DNA from: Chlamydiia bacterium
GTDB taxonomy: Bacteria; Chlamydiota; Chlamydiia; Chlamydiales; Parachlamydiaceae
NCBI GenBank assembly: GCA_038257035.1
Contig: JBBSJT010000045.1
Coordinates: 1-18,000 of the forward strand
Direction of reading: 5' to 3'
DNA length: 18,000 bases
Part shown: piece by piece, positions 13,392-18,000 of the stretch
Position numbering within the stretch: position 1 is the first letter of the stretch
How the letters are laid out: each line of letters begins with the position of its first letter
Notes under the pieces: generated by a model
Database searches by the model: none
Told to the model about the DNA's origin: nothing
The model's input: only the letters and a program-made list of their open reading frames with translations
Program-made: the position numbers and the translations under genes

Positions 13392-16300
13392 TTTTAGAAG
13401 CCTCTTTTTTAGTGAAGAGTTCACCAATGATTTTATAAAAAAGTGGCACAAAGAAGATGGCAAGAAAGGTAGCCGAAATCATCCCGCCTAAAACTCCCGT
13501 TCCAACAGAAATACGGCTTGCAGAACCAGCACCAGAGCTTAAAACAAGAGGGATCACACCAAAAATAAAAGTTAAAGAAGTCATGAGAATGGCACGGAAG
13601 CGCAATGTTGCCGCCTCAACTGCTGCATCGGCATACGATAATCCTTGGGCGTGCTTTTCTGATGCAAATTCCACGATTAATATGGCATTTTTCGCAGAAA
13701 GGGCAATTAAAGTGACAAGTCCGATTTGAAAATAGATATCATTGCTTAAATTGGCAACATAGATGGCAGCAAAGGCTCCAAAAATTCCAAATGGGACAGC
13801 CATTATAATAGATAACGGTGTTGCCCAATTTTCGTAAAGTGCAGCTAAAATCAAAAAGACCATGATTAGACCAAGTAGTAAAACTTTATTGGAAGAGCCT
13901 CCTGTTTTGCTTTCCTGATAACTCTCTCCACTAAATGAAAAACTCATGCCTTCAGGCAAAACTTCACTCGCAACTTCTTTTAACGCTTCCATAGCTTCTC
14001 CGGAGCTATAACCCGTGTTTGCATTCCCGGTAACTCTTGCGGCAGGAAACCCATTAAAGCGACTCACCAAGATGGGTCCCTTGACCATACGTATAGCCAC
14101 AAGGGACTTTAAAGGAATCATCACCCCTGTATCTGAACGTACGTAAATCTCTCCGATGTCTTCGGGTCGACTTCTATATTCAGGTTCAGCTTGCAGCATC
14201 ACCCTATATACTTTTCCGAATTTATTGAAACTATTTACATAAAGTGAGCCTAAAAGTACTTGAAGTGACTGATAAACATCATCGATTGGTACATTTAATG
14301 AAACGGCCTTAACACGATCAAGATCAATATAGAGCTGTTTTGCGTTTGTATCGATTGTTGTGTTGAGATTAATAAGTTCGGGTCTTGTAGAAGCTTTTGC
14401 AATGAATTGTTCGGTGATATTTTGCAAAGTGGATATATTGCCGGTACCTCGATTCTCAATCCAGAATTCAAAACCTCCAACCGTGCCTAAGCCCTGAATC
14501 GAAGGAGGCATAAATGGAAGTACAAGAGCATTGGGTAATTGCATAAATTTTGCGCCTAAATTTTTTAAAACATTGTCAGCTTGTAAAGCGGTTTTTGTAC
14601 GCTCAGACCAATCTTTTAAAATAATAAAGTAACTTCCCGCATTAGTTTTATTAATACCTTCAAGCAAACTGTAGCCGGTAATAGAAACCAAATCCTGAAC
14701 CGCAGGGTTTTGTTTTACAATCTCTTCGATCTGATTTGTAACTTTTGCAGTTCGCGACAGGCTTGCGCTATCCGGCAAAATGGCAACAGCCATCACATAG
14801 CCTTGATCTTCTACGGGCACAAAACTTGTTGGAATGGTGTAATTTAACAAGGCGATAAGTCCAAGAAGAAGCGCAAACAAAGACAGAGCAATTGCTGTCC
14901 TTGCAAGCAGCCACCTTACAAGTTTAATATAATAGGATGTGACATTATCAAGTCCACGATTAAACCAAAGTGCAAATCGTGAAGGGTTGTAGTTTTTTTT
15001 AATCAAAAATGTCGCAAGCGCCGGACTTAAAGTCAAAGCAACAATACCTGAAATAATAACCGAAATAACGATTGTGATGGCAAATTGTTTATAAAGTTGA
15101 CCTGCAATTCCTCCAAGAATGGTAACCGGCAAAAACACAGCTAAAAGAACAAAGACAATGGCAATTATTGGGCCCGTTACCTCTTCCATCGCTTTTTTTG
15201 CAGCATCGACTGGTGATAATCCATGTTCTCTGATATTGCGTTCCACGTTTTCTATGACAACGATCGCATCATCAACAACAATACCAATGGCAAGTACAAG
15301 TCCAAAAAGAGTGAGCGTGTTGACAGACATTCCAAGTAAGTACATTCCTGCAAAAGTTCCAATGATCGATACGACAAGAGCAATCACCGGAATAATGGTT
15401 GATCTAAGACTTTGCAAGAAGACAAAAACTACGAGAATAACAAGAAGAGTCGCTTCGATGATTGTATTCCTGACTTCATGAATGGAAGCATTCACAAATT
15501 TAGTGATATTATAGGGGATGGAATATTCAAGGCCTGCAGGAAACCTTTTTTCTAATTGAATCATCGTATTTTGTATCTGATCCGCAACATCCAAGGCATT
15601 GGCACCATACTGTTGATAAACTGCAATTAAAGTTGTCGCCCTGCCATTCAGCTCTCCTATCACATCATAACTTTGGGCACCAAGTTCTGCTCTTCCAACA
15701 TCTTTTAATAAAACTGTAGATCCATCAGGATTAGCCTTTAAAATAATCTGATCAAAGTCTTGAGGACTAATAAGCCTTCCTTGAGCAGTGACTGGTAAAG
15801 TGAGTTCAACAGGGGATTGATTGGGCTCTTGTCCAATCTGACCCACAGCATATTGAGAATTTTGCTGTCTGATGGCTTTTGCAATGTCTTCTGTTGTTAT
15901 TCCAAGTTGTGCCATGCGATCGGGTTTTAGCCAGATGCGCATGGAATATTCTTTTTCCCCAATCACATTGACATCGCTAACGCCTTTAATTCGTTTAAGC
16001 TCATCAACGATATTAATACTTGCATAGTTGCTTGTAAAAATTTCATTGTAACGGTCTGTTTCTGATTGAATAGCAATAATTAACAAGAAGGTAGGGGATT
16101 GTTTTTTGACCTGTAAACCTTGTCTTTGCACTTCAAGAGGAAGCTCTGCCATCACAAGATTAATTCTATTTTGAACATCGATTTGTGCTTTATCAATGTC
16201 TGTTCCAATCTCAAAGAAAACGTTTAATGTCAAAATGCCGGATGATGCACTTTGTGAATACATGTAAATCATGTTTTCAACGCCATTTATTTGCTGCTCT

Positions 16301-16497
16301 AAAGGTGCTGCGATTGTTTCTGCAATCGTTTCAGCACTTGCACCTGGGTAGGCTGTTGAAATCAGTATTTGCGGAGGGGTGATGCTTGGAAATTGCTCTA
16401 TTGGTAAATTTAATAAGCTGATCAGGCCGACCAAAGTAATGATGATCGAAATGACGCTTGCAAAAACTGGCCTGTCGATAAAGAATTTAGCAATCAT
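13384..16497 (-). CDS. RND multidrug efflux permease, HAE1 (AcrB/MexB-like)
   Basis: 1037 aa with motifs FFIDRPVFA, GIVVDDAIVVIENVER, SAKNAILIVEFA and RFRAILMTS; proton-relay residues intact. Confidence 0.96.
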   Translation of the reverse strand: MIAKFFIDRPVFASVISIIITLVGLISLLNLPIEQFPSITPPQILISTAYPGASAETIAETIAAPLEQQINGVENMIYMYSQSASSGILTLNVFFEIGTDIDKAQIDVQNRINLVMAELPLEVQRQGLQVKKQSPTFLLIIAIQSETDRYNEIFTSNYASINIVDELKRIKGVSDVNVIGEKEYSMRIWLKPDRMAQLGITTEDIAKAIRQQNSQYAVGQIGQEPNQSPVELTLPVTAQGRLISPQDFDQIILKANPDGSTVLLKDVGRAELGAQSYDVIGELNGRATTLIAVYQQYGANALDVADQIQNTMIQLEKRFPAGLEYSIPYNITKFVNASIHEVRNTIIEATLLVILVVFVFLQSLRSTIIPVIALVVSIIGTFAGMYLLGMSVNTLTLFGLVLAIGIVVDDAIVVIENVERNIREHGLSPVDAAKKAMEEVTGPIIAIVFVLLAVFLPVTILGGIAGQLYKQFAITIVISVIISGIVALTLSPALATFLIKKNYNPSRFALWFNRGLDNVTSYYIKLVRWLLARTAIALSLFALLLGLIALLNYTIPTSFVPVEDQGYVMAVAILPDSASLSRTAKVTNQIEEIVKQNPAVQDLVSITGYSLLEGINKTNAGSYFIILKDWSERTKTALQADNVLKNLGAKFMQLPNALVLPFMPPSIQGLGTVGGFEFWIENRGTGNISTLQNITEQFIAKASTRPELINLNTTIDTNAKQLYIDLDRVKAVSLNVPIDDVYQSLQVLLGSLYVNSFNKFGKVYRVMLQAEPEYRSRPEDIGEIYVRSDTGVMIPLKSLVAIRMVKGPILVSRFNGFPAARVTGNANTGYSSGEAMEALKEVASEVLPEGMSFSFSGESYQESKTGGSSNKVLLLGLIMVFLILAALYENWATPLSIIMAVPFGIFGAFAAIYVANLSNDIYFQIGLVTLIALSAKNAILIVEFASEKHAQGLSYADAAVEAATLRFRAILMTSLTFIFGVIPLVLSSGAGSASRISVGTGVLGGMISATFLAIFFVPLFYKIIGELFTKKEASKNE

Positions 16498-17618
16498 TGT
16501 GCTAAACCTTTCGTGTTAACGGGTGTATTTGGTTTGACTTTATTGACACCATCAACAATGACAACATCACCTTTTTGAAGCCCTGAACGCATAATCCAAT
16601 CATTCTGATACCAATCACCGGCCTCTACATTGCGAATTTGAGCTTTTCCGTCGATCACAACATAAACAAACATTCCATTTTTACCTTCAAGAACAGCCTT
16701 TTGTGGAATGAGAATTGCATCTGGACGACTAATGCCAAGTACATTGATACGAACAAATTGGCCGGGCACTAAAATGTTGCCGGGATTTGGAAGGGCTGCC
16801 CTAATACTCATGGTACCTGTTTTTTGATCAATGGTTGGGGAGGAAAAGTTTACTTTACCGCGATGGGGAAATGTGGTGCCATCGGCAAGCATTAGCTCAA
16901 TTTCAAATTCTCCATTACTTGGAAAAATGATTTCTTTCTTTGCCTCTTCAGTGTTAAACTTTAATCGTTCGTTTTCAGAGACGCTAAAATAAACATAAAT
17001 CGGATCAAGAACAGAAACTGTTGTTAAAAGGCCTTGAGCTCCGGGCGTTATTAAGGCGCCTTCCTTATAATTGGTGTCTGCTGCTAGCCCTGAAATTGGG
17101 GATCTAATTGTGGTGTAGCTTAAATCAAGTTCTGCCTGCTGTAGTTTGGCTTTTGCCGATTGGACTTGCGCCTGTGCTGTTAATTCTTCGGATATGGCAC
17201 TATCTAAATCTTTTCGACTTGCTGCATTTTCTTTAAAGAGAGGTTCTAAGCGCTCTTTTGTTTTCTTGGCATTCCACAAAATGGCCTGCTCTCTTGATAA
17301 AGCGCCTTTTGCAATTTCAACAGCCGCTTCAAAAGGCTTTTTATCCAATAAGTACAATACATCACCTGCATTAACAAGAGCTCCTTCCTTGTAGGCCACA
17401 TCTTCAAGGTACCCTTCAACTCTTGCCCTAATCTCAACTTGGTGAGAGCTTTGGGTAAAACCAACAAACGAATAGATGGCAGGAATTGTGCGGGGCTCAA
17501 TCGTTACAGTTTCCACACCCACAGCAAAGGATTGCTGGGGGGCAGTTTCTTTTTTTGAACAAGCAGTAATATTTAAGACCAGCAGAAGTGAAAGGCATCT
17601 AAAAATTAGAAATTTCAA
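16494..17618 (-). CDS. RND periplasmic adaptor (membrane fusion lipoprotein, AcrA/MexA-like)
   Basis: TTG start with GAGG SD, lipobox ITAC, and motifs VEIRARVEG, LSYTTIRSPISG, LVPGQFV, GLQKGDVVIVDG. 4-nt overlap with the RND start. Confidence 0.95.
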   Translation of the reverse strand: MKFLIFRCLSLLLVLNITACSKKETAPQQSFAVGVETVTIEPRTIPAIYSFVGFTQSSHQVEIRARVEGYLEDVAYKEGALVNAGDVLYLLDKKPFEAAVEIAKGALSREQAILWNAKKTKERLEPLFKENAASRKDLDSAISEELTAQAQVQSAKAKLQQAELDLSYTTIRSPISGLAADTNYKEGALITPGAQGLLTTVSVLDPIYVYFSVSENERLKFNTEEAKKEIIFPSNGEFEIELMLADGTTFPHRGKVNFSSPTIDQKTGTMSIRAALPNPGNILVPGQFVRINVLGISRPDAILIPQKAVLEGKNGMFVYVVIDGKAQIRNVEAGDWYQNDWIMRSGLQKGDVVIVDGVNKVKPNTPVNTKGLAQ

Positions 17619-17677
17619 ATTTTCCCTCGCAAGTAAAATAGAAATTTCAAATTAATCTTTTACATCTATATAGACAA
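17607..17677 (-). promoter_or_regulatory. Candidate sigma70-type promoter of the efflux operon overlapped by a 15-bp direct repeat (putative operator)
   Basis: Minus strand TTGTCT (17677-17672), 17-nt spacer, TAATTT (17654-17649). TAGAAATTTCAAATT occurs exactly at 17607-17621 and 17639-17653. Confidence 0.4.
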
Positions 17678-17702
17678 TATAAATTTTTTTAATAATTATT
17701 TT

Positions 17703-17917
17703 GGGGTCAGGCTTTACAGAATTACAGTTTCGTCAAGTATCAATACAGTCATTTCAGAGAAACTGTCATTCTGTCAATCCAGACCCCAATCTCTCATGGT
17801 TTTTTCGTTTTGTTTGGCTTAAAAAGGGTCTGTGGGGTCTGGATTGAAAATATGACAGTTTCTGTTCTTGAAGGTATAAAACTTGAACGTAACTGTCATA
17901 TTGTAAAGCCTGACCCC
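17703..17917. repeat. REP/MITE-like doublet: two inverted ~85-bp GGGGTC...GACCCC palindromes
   Basis: Unit A is 17703-17787 (arms complementary at 27/31 counting from 17701) and unit B is 17834-17917. B is an inverted, diverged copy of A, including the loop. Confidence 0.88.
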
Positions 17918-18000
17918 ATTGAATTTCTTGAACTCTTATTTGAATTTGCTGTTTGCATTTGTTATAATATTTGTTATATTAAGTTGATGATAAAGAACCA

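Noticed and set aside
13392..13463. Extended OMF N-terminus given by the ORF track (542 aa)
   Set aside because: It overlaps the RND gene by 80 nt and would put the lipobox Cys at residue 77; ATG 13391 or GTG 13298 is more plausible.
10574..17500. Short ORFs within mgtE, OMF, RND and MFP (e.g. 10574-10834, 13457-13729, 15119-15481, 17146-17394)
   Set aside because: Antisense or out-of-frame shadows of well-conserved genes with no independent coding evidence.
13384..17618. Assigning acrA/acrB/oprM gene symbols
   Set aside because: The family is clear, but orthology to a specific named pump cannot be established by eye.

Overview
AT-rich, densely coding bacterial window. The gene content and eukaryote-like proteins suggest a host-associated organism such as an environmental Chlamydiota member; this is inference only, as no marker gene is present. 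Left to right: (i) two adjacent minus-strand effector-like genes, an edge-truncated membrane protein with 19-aa amphipathic repeats (absent from the ORF track) and a RING-H2 plus ubiquitin-like fusion; (ii) an M29 aminopeptidase homologue that appears to have lost two metal-binding Glu residues; (iii) a five-gene minus-strand cluster in which every product has an N-terminal signal or anchor: a kelch-like propeller protein, a polysaccharide pyruvyltransferase and three tandem GH130/GT91(Bmt)-like beta-propeller paralogues; (iv) a 2-TM channel-like protein, an NADPH-dependent FMN reductase and a secreted His-rich protein; (v) an MFP-RND-OMF efflux operon coupled to mgtE. Non-coding DNA holds a family of long palindromes built from ~9-nt tandem units that share an architecture but differ in core word (CGCGAAG, CAGTGAG, CACAGAG). 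One copy appears inserted in frame into the OMF signal peptide. A separate GGGGTC...GACCCC palindrome doublet lies upstream of the efflux operon. No rRNA, tRNA, CRISPR array or transposase was recognised.
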